Source: Candidatus Cloacimonadales bacterium
GTDB lineage: Bacteria > Cloacimonadota > Cloacimonadia > Cloacimonadales > JAIOQZ01
Assembly (NCBI GenBank): GCA_963674825.1
Contig: OY771587.1
Span: 3,040,001 to 3,104,000, forward strand
Direction: 5' to 3'
DNA: 64,000 nt
Below are positions 49,926 through 59,133 of the stretch, piece by piece. The notes under the pieces were generated by a model. The model was not told the DNA's origin. It searched no databases and saw only the letters and a list, made by a program, of their open reading frames with translations. The translations under genes and the position numbers were made by a program. Positions within the stretch are counted from its first letter, which is position 1; each line of letters starts with the position of its first letter.

Positions 49926-52900
49926 TCACTTGGTTTTATACGGTAATGAAAATGAAAACGTCGTTCCTTTCTGCCATTCGCTCTTCACGGTGATTTTACC
50001 GCCAAGCAGCCCCACCAGTCGTTCGCAGATCGAAAGCCCCAGGCCGGTTCCTTCGTATCGTCTGGTCAGGCCGGTATCAACCTGCTGGAAGGGCTTGAAA
50101 AGCTTGTCGATGTCCTCATCTTTGATTCCGATCCCGGAATCCGTAACCACAAACCGGATGCTCTTCTGGATTGGTGGTTTTAGAGATGAGATAAGCTTTA
50201 TCTCGATTGAGATTCCACCTTCATCAGTAAATTTAACAGCGTTGCTCAGCAGATTGAGCAATACCTGTTCGATTCTTCGAGCATCGCTGACAATGCTACC
50301 AATTTTATTGTCAATTTCGCAAGAAATTTTTAACGATTTTTTCTCTGCTAGCGGCGTGATCGTGTTCACAACTTTCTGTACGCTGTCTGAGAGGAAAAAT
50401 TCCCCCTCGACAATCTGAAGCTGGCCTGCCTCGATTTTGGAGATGTCCAGTACGTCGTTGATGAGCGACAGCAAGTGCCGCGAACTCGCCTGGACCATCC
50501 CAAGCTGTTTCTTCTGCTCGTTGTTCAGCGGTCCCGGAAGCTCCTGAAGCATTATGCCTGTAAAGCCGATGATGGAGTTTAGCGGTGTTCTTAGTTCATG
50601 GGACATCGATGCGAGAAATGCCGATTTCAGCCTGTCTGCTGATTCCGCCTGCTCCTTGGCTTCTACAAGGTTGATCTCCACCTCTTTACGGCGATTGATC
50701 TCGTACTTCAGTGTCCGGTTCCAGAGGAAGGCAATCACTGTCATCGTGATAAGCAGGATAAACGCGATGCTGCTCCAGAAGAGAATCTGCCGTGCTTCCT
50801 TGCCGTGCTCGAAACGGACGGTAATCCACTTGGACCGCAGCTCGGCGGCCTGATCTTCCGTGATGGTTGTCAGCGCTTTGGATATGATGTTGTGTAGAAT
50901 AGGCCAGTCATTCCGAACAGCGAAACAGATACCATCAACAATACCGTCCATGGGTGCTGCGACCACAACATTGGTGAAATTGTATTCCGAGATAATGTAG
51001 GAACCGTGGGCGAGAGTATTGATATACGCGTCGGCATCACCATTAGACACCGCAAAGAGCGCTTCATAGGTGGTATCGTAAAGCTTGAGTTGCAGGAATG
51101 GGTAGTGACTCTGTAAACGTTCCTGCATGTAACTCTTGCTTTTCAGGGCAATGGTTTTACCTCTGAGGTCGCTGATGCTGCCTATAAACGGCGCGTTTTT
51201 GCGCGTGAAAATCATCTCCGGTGATGTAATGTAGGGCTGAGTAAAATTGAGATATTCCTTGCGTTCATCTGTAGGCATGACAGCGCATAGGACATCAATC
51301 TCTCGTTTTTTCGTATGCTCGATCACCTCGCTCCAGGTGGGGTAGGGGACGACCTGCATGTTGATGCCCATGCGTTGATTGATCAAGCTTATGTAATCGG
51401 AGGCGAGTCCGGAGTGAATACCTTCATCGTTGATGAACTCGAACGGTTGAAACCCGGGGTCTGCTCCGACCCGGATAACGGGATGTTCCTCGATCCATTT
51501 CTTTTCTACTTCGGTCAGTAGCGTTGTGTAATCTGGTTCCGAGCTGTCGACTCCGTCTTTGTTCCAGTAACCTGCCCCGGATTCTGCAATCCATCGCTGT
51601 TCGATCTCGGCAAGCTTGTTCAGGGGTATGTTGTGGATACCTTCGTTGATTTCTTTTATCAGCTTTCTATTCTCGGGTAGCGTTGCAGCGTGGACACTGG
51701 AAGAGAATATCGGCTTTCCGATCGTCACCTGCCCCGCAAAGCGCTCCTTAAGAAGGAGTAGTTTCCCAAGCTGAGTTTGCAGGAACATCACATCGATATC
51801 TCGTGCGATGAGGGCATACATAAGTTCATCAATCGTTCCGTATCTCTTGATAAAGCTGCTTTGCGGTAAACGCTCGGAGCTGTATCCGTCGAGGCTCGAG
51901 TCTCCGATAACGCCCAAAATAATGTTTTCCAGCTTGGAGATATCGTTTGGGTGAGATTGGCCTGAGAGATAAAAGAGGGATGCGTCAACCTGATAGAAGG
52001 GCTCGGAAAAGATTAGCTTAGACTCCGCCAGTTCGCTTGTACTCTGGCCTATGGTGATATCTGCGACACCGTCCAAAACTGCTTGCATCTCATGAACACC
52101 CGAACTCGGCAGAAAGCTTATTTCCTTGCCGGTTGTCTGGGCCCAGAGATTCCAGAAATCCACGTACAAACCAGCCGGCTTCCCATAGGGATCAAGAAAA
52201 GCGTAGGGTTGCTTGTGGGAATTCATGGAAATTACAATAATGTCCTTGGAAGTTCTTTGTCGCGAGATACCGAGCCACTTCTTCTCGAGAAGCGCTATGT
52301 CGTAGGATGATACTTTTTTCAGGCCCTGATTCAGCGTTTTCAGCAGCTCCGGACGTCCGTTTGCAATCGCACCCCGGTATGATTGTGAAAAGATCGCCTT
52401 ACTGCGTTTATACTGGTAATCGTGTGATGCGTCCAGACTACTTATGTACTGATTGAGATTCTCGATCGGTGCGATGAAAACCCTTATTTCATCCTTCTCG
52501 GCAGCTTCAAAAAGCGCTGGATAGTCCGCATAGCGTTTATAATTCAGATTCGGGTAATTCTTCTGCATGTATCGATCAGTGAATCCACCTTCCGGAATAC
52601 CGACCAGGAATCCATCCAGATCGGCAATGTCATTTATTCCCAGCACATTCTTGTGATGCATGATATAGTAGGTGACTTCGAAGAATGGTTCTGTGAAATC
52701 AAAGAATTTCTCACGCTCGTCTGTGTAAAAAAGCCCGGCGTGGAGATCAGCACGACCGTCACGGACCATCTCAACTGTTTCCACGAATGGCGCAGATATG
52801 AATTCGATCGGAATGCCTGTCGCATCTGACCACATACGCCAGTAGTCGATCAATATTCCATCGGGTTCGCCCAGAACGTTCACGTATTTATAGGGAGGAT

Positions 52901-53012
52901 TACTCTGATTGTAAGCGATACGGATTGGCTCGTCCAATGCATAGCAATAATTGGAGATAAGCACAAGGAAGAGCAATAAAACAAGCATAATGTGTTTATT
53001 ATTCCACGGCAT
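49926..53012 (-). CDS. Sensor histidine kinase with three periplasmic solute-binding (Venus-flytrap) domains
   Basis: Three P[YF]...G...G...D repeats; one TM; SHELRTPLN, NLLSNAVKFT and GTGLGL motifs. Confidence 0.92.
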   Translation of the reverse strand: MPWNNKHIMLVLLLFLVLISNYCYALDEPIRIAYNQSNPPYKYVNVLGEPDGILIDYWRMWSDATGIPIEFISAPFVETVEMVRDGRADLHAGLFYTDEREKFFDFTEPFFEVTYYIMHHKNVLGINDIADLDGFLVGIPEGGFTDRYMQKNYPNLNYKRYADYPALFEAAEKDEIRVFIAPIENLNQYISSLDASHDYQYKRSKAIFSQSYRGAIANGRPELLKTLNQGLKKVSSYDIALLEKKWLGISRQRTSKDIIVISMNSHKQPYAFLDPYGKPAGLYVDFWNLWAQTTGKEISFLPSSGVHEMQAVLDGVADITIGQSTSELAESKLIFSEPFYQVDASLFYLSGQSHPNDISKLENIILGVIGDSSLDGYSSERLPQSSFIKRYGTIDELMYALIARDIDVMFLQTQLGKLLLLKERFAGQVTIGKPIFSSSVHAATLPENRKLIKEINEGIHNIPLNKLAEIEQRWIAESGAGYWNKDGVDSSEPDYTTLLTEVEKKWIEEHPVIRVGADPGFQPFEFINDEGIHSGLASDYISLINQRMGINMQVVPYPTWSEVIEHTKKREIDVLCAVMPTDERKEYLNFTQPYITSPEMIFTRKNAPFIGSISDLRGKTIALKSKSYMQERLQSHYPFLQLKLYDTTYEALFAVSNGDADAYINTLAHGSYIISEYNFTNVVVAAPMDGIVDGICFAVRNDWPILHNIISKALTTITEDQAAELRSKWITVRFEHGKEARQILFWSSIAFILLITMTVIAFLWNRTLKYEINRRKEVEINLVEAKEQAESADRLKSAFLASMSHELRTPLNSIIGFTGIMLQELPGPLNNEQKKQLGMVQASSRHLLSLINDVLDISKIEAGQLQIVEGEFFLSDSVQKVVNTITPLAEKKSLKISCEIDNKIGSIVSDARRIEQVLLNLLSNAVKFTDEGGISIEIKLISSLKPPIQKSIRFVVTDSGIGIKDEDIDKLFKPFQQVDTGLTRRYEGTGLGLSICERLVGLLGGKITVKSEWQKGTTFSFSLPYKTK

Positions 53013-53087
53013 TCGAATCCCCACAGATAAAAAGTACTTTCCAGCATGGAAAGGCGAGATTGTGAATTTAAACTAAGCTACTTCTAT

Positions 53088-53115
53088 ATTTTATTGGGTA
53101 AATTGCATTTGTCAA
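53088..53115 (-). promoter_or_regulatory. Putative sigma70 promoter
   Basis: TTGACA-N16-TAAAAT. Confidence 0.65.
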
Positions 53116-53197
53116 GCTTTTCCGTTGATAATAATTATTCGAGCATTTTGGGGATAATAATTGCATAAGTGATGAATCAGGAAAATACTTTTTTTAT

Positions 53198-53225
53198 TTG
53201 ACATGGATTATAAGTCAAATATCTT
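53198..53225 (+). promoter_or_regulatory. Putative sigma70 promoter overlapping a TTGAC-N11-GTCAA dyad
   Basis: TTGACA-N16-TATCTT; inverted repeat at 53198-53218. Confidence 0.5.
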
Positions 53226-53266
53226 ATCTCCGTAAAATTAATATTCATATATGGAGGAATAATTCA

Positions 53267-54517
53267 ATGAAGAAGCTGTTACTGCTTTCTGTTGCGGCTT
53301 TTGTAATGCTTTTTGTTGCCTGTGCTGATAACACAACGGGTGACGAGATTGCAGATGAAGTCAATCAGGCCTTCAGAGAAGGAACGAATGTTGTTGTAAA
53401 TAACGACGAAGAAGATCTTAATACTCGTGTTACAATTAGAAATGAAGAGCTCCTGGCTGGCGGGGACCGTACTGTCCCGCCACTGATGTGGATCGCTTCG
53501 GTTGACGCTCCGTTTGTAGGCGGTCAGCAGGTTCAGGCCTGTTTCGCTTATCTCGATCCGTGTGTATGCAAGGCCTATATTGGTTATAACACCGAAGGTG
53601 AAGAATGGCGCGGCGGTGTCGAGATCGTCAGCTTAACCAATGTTTACAATCCTGTCGTTGTATCGCAGGCGTTGTTCAACGATACCGACGTTCAGGCTGT
53701 TTCCGCCGATTTCCAGAACACAGGACGTTTCTGGATGGCTTCGGCGATCGATCCGGATCCGTACGGACTCGGTAGTCCTGCCGTAATCGAAGAGGTTATC
53801 CTTACTCCGAGCGGCAAATTCCCCTATCCTTATACTTCGACTTTGTTCGATCTACCTTCCTCGGTCTGCAAGGGTGTCCGTCGTTCAGCAAACTGGCTTT
53901 ACTCGACAACCTCCCGTACAGATGGCGGTGCGTTCTGCCACAGCCTGAACAGCAGTAACTATATGGAAATCGTTGAAGACGATCGTTACGACAACGCCAA
54001 AGGCATTGCCATCACCGGTAATTCAATCCATTCCGATCACCTTGTGATGGAAGCCGGCGCAGCAGCGAATCTGCACATCTATGATGTTGGCACCTCCGAT
54101 TCCGATCATGAACCTGTAATCTACAACATCGGTGCTGCAGAACCGTATTATGCCAAAATGTGGTGCGATCTCAAGGACAATGTAGCGTACGTTGCGATGG
54201 GTGAAGGCGGTTTCAAGGCTTTCGATATAGCACAAGGCGCAGACACCACCGAGCCGGACCCGCTGTTCTACTTTAACCGTCCGGGCAATGGCCTGACCAA
54301 CGCTGTTACGGTTGACGACGACTATATCTATGTTGCCAACGGCGAAGACGGCCTGTTTATCTTCGAAAGACCGGTAAACGTTCCTGTCAATACCGAGCTG
54401 ACTCCAATCGCGAATTTTGATTTCGATGGTTCTGTAAACTATGTGAAAGTTTACAACGAATGGATCTTCGTCGCTGCCGGAACCGGTGGTTTGCACATCC
54501 TGTATCGCAATTTCTAA
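53267..54517 (+). CDS. LVIVD-repeat-like beta-propeller lipoprotein
   Basis: GGAGG RBS; lipobox FVAC; AYVAMGEGG, YIYVANGEDGL and IFVAAGTGGL repeats. Confidence 0.8.
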   Translation: MKKLLLLSVAAFVMLFVACADNTTGDEIADEVNQAFREGTNVVVNNDEEDLNTRVTIRNEELLAGGDRTVPPLMWIASVDAPFVGGQQVQACFAYLDPCVCKAYIGYNTEGEEWRGGVEIVSLTNVYNPVVVSQALFNDTDVQAVSADFQNTGRFWMASAIDPDPYGLGSPAVIEEVILTPSGKFPYPYTSTLFDLPSSVCKGVRRSANWLYSTTSRTDGGAFCHSLNSSNYMEIVEDDRYDNAKGIAITGNSIHSDHLVMEAGAAANLHIYDVGTSDSDHEPVIYNIGAAEPYYAKMWCDLKDNVAYVAMGEGGFKAFDIAQGADTTEPDPLFYFNRPGNGLTNAVTVDDDYIYVANGEDGLFIFERPVNVPVNTELTPIANFDFDGSVNYVKVYNEWIFVAAGTGGLHILYRNF

Positions 54518-54535
54518 TCGAAACGATAAAATTCT

Positions 54536-54566
54536 AAGCCCGGTGGTAATGCCATCGGGCTTTTTC
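54536..54566 (+). terminator. Intrinsic terminator
   Basis: AAGCCCGGTGG...CCATCGGGCTTTTT. Confidence 0.85.
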
Positions 54567-54574
54567 TGTGGCCG

Positions 54575-54840
54575 GGGACGCAGAGCTCCAGCTCTGCATC
54601 TCTTTTCTCCCTTGGAGCGTCAAGCCCCAGCTTGGCATTTCCCTCCTCTCTCTTCATCAATCATCAATCCATAAAATCAACATTCGGAAGAGCCTCACGC
54701 TGTTCGGCACATTCAGAAGATGATTTCAGGGGATCTGAAAACCAATGCGGACGAGGACGTCCGCGTTCCCAGGAAAGAGAGAAGGGCAGTCACAGGGACC
54801 TGCCCCTACAGGAGAACCCTGCTCGGAGACAAGCGCCTAC
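54575..54840. repeat. Composite REP-like repeat cluster, copy B
   Basis: Modules shared with 4021-4196, plus GGGAACGCGGACGTCCTCGTCCGC and GTAGGGGCAGGTCCCTGTGACTGCCC on the minus strand. Confidence 0.8.
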
Positions 54841-54971
54841 AGCCTCCGGGTACGCCGTTGTTTTGTGCGGATAATATCGATAGCTGATTTCATCACAACA
54901 AGATCGATATTTAAACTGCTGTCTTGCGACTATTAGGATCACAGAAATTTCGCAAAAATCGAACATTTTTC

Positions 54972-54999
54972 TTGACGTCCGAAGCGCCCCAAATAGTTT
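54972..54999 (+). promoter_or_regulatory. tRNA promoter
   Basis: TTGACG-N16-TAGTTT upstream of the tRNA. Confidence 0.6.
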
Positions 55000-55024
55000 G
55001 ATGCTCATTCAAGAGAGTGAAAGC

Positions 55025-55112
55025 GCAGAAGTGGTGAAATTGGCAAACACGCTAGGTTCAGGGTCTAGTGGGCGCAACGCCCTTGGGGGTTCGAGTCCCC
55101 CCTTCTGCACCA
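55025..55112 (+). tRNA. tRNA-Leu(CAG)
   Basis: Acceptor GCAGAAG/CTTCTGC-ACCA; anticodon arm CTAGG-TTCAGGG-TCTAG; long variable arm; GTTCGAGTC T-loop. Confidence 0.97.
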
Positions 55113-55125
55113 TATATTATTAAGG

Positions 55126-55160
55126 AAAGCCGATCGCAAACAGCGTGTCGGCTTTTTTTG
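55126..55160 (+). terminator. Terminator after tRNA-Leu
   Basis: AAAGCCGA...TCGGCTTTTTTT. Confidence 0.8.
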
Positions 55161-55176
55161 TATCCGGGAGATGCTC

Positions 55177-55719
55177 ATGCTTTTGCGAGAGATGCCACGA
55201 GAACGTTATCTGGTAACGCTGGCATTGCTGACCGCGATCTCCGTGACCGCGTACGCGCTGGAAAGCTGGATGCCGAAGCCGCTGCCATTTCTGAGGCTTG
55301 GCCTGGCAAACATCCCCGTTGTACTACTGCTCTACACCCGTAATTATCGGGAATCGATCCTGGTGGGGCTCATGAAGGTTGTTCTGGGCAGCGCATTGTC
55401 TGGCATGATCCTAAGCCCTACAACGCTCATTTCCTTCGGTGCGACCTGCTGCTCGATGCTCATGATGCTACTATTGATCGCATTACCCCTGAAATTCAGT
55501 CTTATCGGAATTAGTGTTGGGGGTGCTGTAGCTTCGAACGTTGCTCAGCTACTCGTGGTTCGGGTAGTTATTTTTAATGAAAATGGGATATTTCGATTGA
55601 CGCCTCTATTAATTTTACTGGGAATAGGAACAGGAATCGTAACAGGTTACCTGGTGGCGTTGATCTACCGAACACTTTATCGGAAACATTATGAAGATTA
55701 TCAAGAAAAAGAAGCGTGA
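55177..55719 (+). CDS. Gx transporter / heptaprenyl-diphosphate synthase component I-like membrane protein
   Basis: E..P.PLP..RLGLAN and S.IG.SV.G...N..QL motifs; start codon uncertain (55171, 55177 or 55192). Confidence 0.8.
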   Translation: MLLREMPRERYLVTLALLTAISVTAYALESWMPKPLPFLRLGLANIPVVLLLYTRNYRESILVGLMKVVLGSALSGMILSPTTLISFGATCCSMLMMLLLIALPLKFSLIGISVGGAVASNVAQLLVVRVVIFNENGIFRLTPLLILLGIGTGIVTGYLVALIYRTLYRKHYEDYQEKEA

Positions 55720-57931
55720 AAAAAATCGGCTGCTGAAGCCAATTCTGATCACTTTCTACATATTTTTTGCACTGACACTATTTGGCGTATCTTGCGTTGC
55801 TGGGCTGTTTTATTACTACAGTAGCGAACTTCCGCCACTCAGTGAACTAAAGCACTATGACCTCAAGATTGGCTCAAAGGTCTATGATCGGAATGACAAC
55901 CTGATACACACCTTCGCTGTTGAGCGTCGTACCTATTCGCCGCTAAGCGAGATCCCACCATATATGGTCAATGCACTGCTAGCCACTGAGGATAAGAATT
56001 TCTACAAACACTGGGGTGTTGATCTTTCTGGTCTGACCAGGGCATTTCTTATTGATATCGTCCATTTCGATTTTTCTCAGGGAGCGAGTACCATTACACA
56101 GCAGCTTTCGCGAAACCTCTTTCTTACGCTCGATAAAACAATTCCGCGCAAGGTCAAGGAAGCGCTACTGGCAGTCAGGATCGAGCGGATGTATTCCAAG
56201 GACGAGATTCTCGAGCTTTATTTCAACAAAGTAGCGTTCGGCGCTGGTATCTATGGCGTATCGTCGGCTGCGATGATTTATTTCAACAAGAAACCGCCTG
56301 AGTTAACACTTTCCGAGGCAGCGCTGATCGTCGGCATCACGCAGCTTCCGGGTCGCTACGATCCGACGCGTAATCCCGAGAAATCGGTGTGGCGCCGCAA
56401 CGTCGTCCTCTATCGCATGCTGGACGAGAAGTTCATTACTCAGGAAGAATACGACGTGGCTGTAAACGAGCCTTTGAACCTCTATAAGGACACAGCCAAC
56501 CGCAGCGCTGACGACTATTTCATCGAGTACATCCGCAAGCAGCTTGAAGACCGTTACGGAACGACACAGCTCTTCGCTGGTGGGCTTAGCATCTACACAA
56601 CGCTTGATATCGACCTGACTCGCTATGCTGATACCGTGTTAAACAAGCATCTCATCGAATTTGAAGAGAAGAACGAATACGAAGTCAAATACAACGATTT
56701 CCCTCGTGACACCACCGATATTGTGACACCCTATGTTCAGGGTGGTGCAGTGGTGATGGACGCCGAGACTGGAGCTGTTCGCGTGATGATCGGCGGCAGG
56801 AATTTCAATCATAGTAAATTCAACCGCATCGTTCAAGCACGACGTCCCCCGGGATCATCATTCAAGCCGCTCATCTACACAACCGCGCTCGAAAAGGGAT
56901 ACACACCCGCGACTGTGATCGACGATAAACCTGTCTATTTCATTCAGGGCGACTCCGTCTTCTGGGCGCCACGCAACTACAGTCTGGATAACTTCGGCTA
57001 TACCCGGCTTCGTGATGGTCTCCGGAAGTCCCGAAATATATTTTCGACCAAGACACTAGCCGATATCGGGCCTCGTGCCGTGATCCGCAAAGCACGGCAA
57101 TTCGGTATCACGACACCGCTTAGTCCGGTTTATTCCCTCGCGGTAGGATCAATGGAAGTTCAACCGCTGGAGATCATCTCCGCCTATACCACCTTCCCGA
57201 ATCTGGGCGAACGGGTAACGCCGTTCTTTGTGCGCAGGGTGGAAGACTCAGATGGAAATGTACTGGAAGAGGCTGAAGTCGAACGTATCCGCGTTACCGA
57301 CGAGAAGATCGCCTATTTGATGGTCAACCTGATGCAATCGGTGACCGAACCCGGCGGAACTGCTGCCGGTATTCGCTGGCGAGGCTATCGATGGGCTGCT
57401 GCGGGTAAGACCGGTACAACCGATGATTTCCGCGATGCCTGGTTCATCGGTTACAACAAGGAACTCGTGGCCGGTATATGGGTAGGATTCGACGACAACT
57501 CACCGCTGGGCTCAAAGCAGTCCGGTGCAGTCGCCGCACTACCGCCATGGCCCTATATCATGAAGCGTGCGCTGGAAAACGAGGCTCCCCTCAACGCGCA
57601 GGGCAAGCCGGTTATCGATGGCACAGTGCTCGATTTCGAACGTCCGGATGGTTTGATCAATGTGGAAATTTCGGCGCGGACAGGCTTGTTACCAAAGAAC
57701 CAGTATGAAGAGCGTATCAACGAAATTTTCATCATGGGGACGCAACCTACGCCGCTTTCGGATAGCCTGAACTACAACTTCTACCCGACGCGCTACCGCG
57801 AGAGCGATAAGGCCTGTACCTATTTCATACTCGATCGCGATCCAACTTTCCTGGATTCACTTGAGTTGAATAACGGGATCGTCGATTCGCTCGATCTCTC
57901 GGACGGCGATATTTACTTCCCAGCAAAATGA
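55691..57931 (+). CDS. mrcA: Penicillin-binding protein 1A (bifunctional transglycosylase/transpeptidase)
   Basis: EDKNFYKH.G, GASTITQQL, RKVKE; SSFK, SRN and KTGT motifs. Confidence 0.93.
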   Translation: MKIIKKKKREKNRLLKPILITFYIFFALTLFGVSCVAGLFYYYSSELPPLSELKHYDLKIGSKVYDRNDNLIHTFAVERRTYSPLSEIPPYMVNALLATEDKNFYKHWGVDLSGLTRAFLIDIVHFDFSQGASTITQQLSRNLFLTLDKTIPRKVKEALLAVRIERMYSKDEILELYFNKVAFGAGIYGVSSAAMIYFNKKPPELTLSEAALIVGITQLPGRYDPTRNPEKSVWRRNVVLYRMLDEKFITQEEYDVAVNEPLNLYKDTANRSADDYFIEYIRKQLEDRYGTTQLFAGGLSIYTTLDIDLTRYADTVLNKHLIEFEEKNEYEVKYNDFPRDTTDIVTPYVQGGAVVMDAETGAVRVMIGGRNFNHSKFNRIVQARRPPGSSFKPLIYTTALEKGYTPATVIDDKPVYFIQGDSVFWAPRNYSLDNFGYTRLRDGLRKSRNIFSTKTLADIGPRAVIRKARQFGITTPLSPVYSLAVGSMEVQPLEIISAYTTFPNLGERVTPFFVRRVEDSDGNVLEEAEVERIRVTDEKIAYLMVNLMQSVTEPGGTAAGIRWRGYRWAAAGKTGTTDDFRDAWFIGYNKELVAGIWVGFDDNSPLGSKQSGAVAALPPWPYIMKRALENEAPLNAQGKPVIDGTVLDFERPDGLINVEISARTGLLPKNQYEERINEIFIMGTQPTPLSDSLNYNFYPTRYRESDKACTYFILDRDPTFLDSLELNNGIVDSLDLSDGDIYFPAK

Positions 57932-59049
57932 CGATGCCTACACTTTTCTCACTGGTCGGACTGATCGCGACTTCGATCTATGTCTATTACGCTGCCCGTT
58001 TTCGCAAGGGACTTCGTGCGCTTATAGCCGGGAAAAGCTTCGAGAAGCCGACCGTCACGGTGGTCGTGGCGGCAAGGAACGAAAGCCACAACATCCAGAT
58101 GCTGCTTACATCTCTGGTCAATCAGAGCTATCCGCAAGAATTATACAACATCATCGTCGCAAATGATCAGTCTACCGATGACACCGCCGAAAAGATCGCT
58201 GCATTCAGCCTGAAGTGGCCGAATGTGACCTGTCTGGAAGTTATGGATCGCGATAAAGCGAAATCGCCGAAGAAAAATGCCCTTACGCAGGCAATTGCAG
58301 CCAGCGATGGCGAGATCATTTTAACGACCGACGCTGATTGCGTTGTGAGCCGGTTCTGGATCGAGAGCATGGTGGCTTGTTTCGATCAAGGCATCGACAT
58401 GGTTGCCGGCTATTCGCGACCCAAGATCATGAACTGGAAGGCTGCGTCGTTCATCCAGAAGTATGAGTTTTTCGATGTACTCGCCATCTTCGCAGCAGCT
58501 GCTGGAGCACTTGGTGTGGGGAAGGCATTCTCCTGTTCCGGTCAGAATCTGGCCTACCGGCGCAAGGCGTACGACGCGGTGGGTGGATTCAGCAAGATAT
58601 CGCATCTGGTATCGGGTGACGATGTAAATCTGATGCAATTGATGAGAATCAATGGCAGTAAAATCCGCTATGCAATCAATGCGCACTCATTCGTCTATAC
58701 CCGTTCGATCGAATCGATGGCAAAGTTCTTTAATCAGCGTGCGCGCTGGGCGTCCAACCTTAAGGTGCAGATGACGCTCAATCCGGAGTTTTTCTTCTAC
58801 CTGCTGGCGGTTTCCGCAATGCACGCGATGTCAGTCGTCATGTTTTTCTACGAGTGGCGCATGGCCGTGATTATTCTGGCTGCGCGAATGGTTTCAGAAA
58901 TCAATTTTCTCGTGGTTGCGAAAGAACGATTCAACCTGGAGCCGGATCGATTCAGTTTCTATCCGGTGTGGTCGCTTTTACAGCCCGTATATATCGTTAT
59001 AACAGCTTTGCGAGGCGCTTTAAACGTCTATCGCTGGCATGGAAGATAG
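57928..59049 (+). CDS. GT2 family glycosyltransferase (membrane-bound)
   Basis: AARNE, TDAD, SGDD and QRARW motifs. Confidence 0.9.
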   Translation: MTMPTLFSLVGLIATSIYVYYAARFRKGLRALIAGKSFEKPTVTVVVAARNESHNIQMLLTSLVNQSYPQELYNIIVANDQSTDDTAEKIAAFSLKWPNVTCLEVMDRDKAKSPKKNALTQAIAASDGEIILTTDADCVVSRFWIESMVACFDQGIDMVAGYSRPKIMNWKAASFIQKYEFFDVLAIFAAAAGALGVGKAFSCSGQNLAYRRKAYDAVGGFSKISHLVSGDDVNLMQLMRINGSKIRYAINAHSFVYTRSIESMAKFFNQRARWASNLKVQMTLNPEFFFYLLAVSAMHAMSVVMFFYEWRMAVIILAARMVSEINFLVVAKERFNLEPDRFSFYPVWSLLQPVYIVITALRGALNVYRWHGR

Positions 59050-59133
59050 ATCCCGATTTTTCTTGAAATCAACTTCCGAATGTGCTGCTTACAGCTCTTC
59101 TGAATATTGATTTCGCAATACAAGGAGCAAACG

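Noticed and set aside
55025..55170. tRNA-Leu as an integration site for a genomic island
   Set aside because: No integrase and no duplicated tRNA 3' end seen; downstream genes are housekeeping
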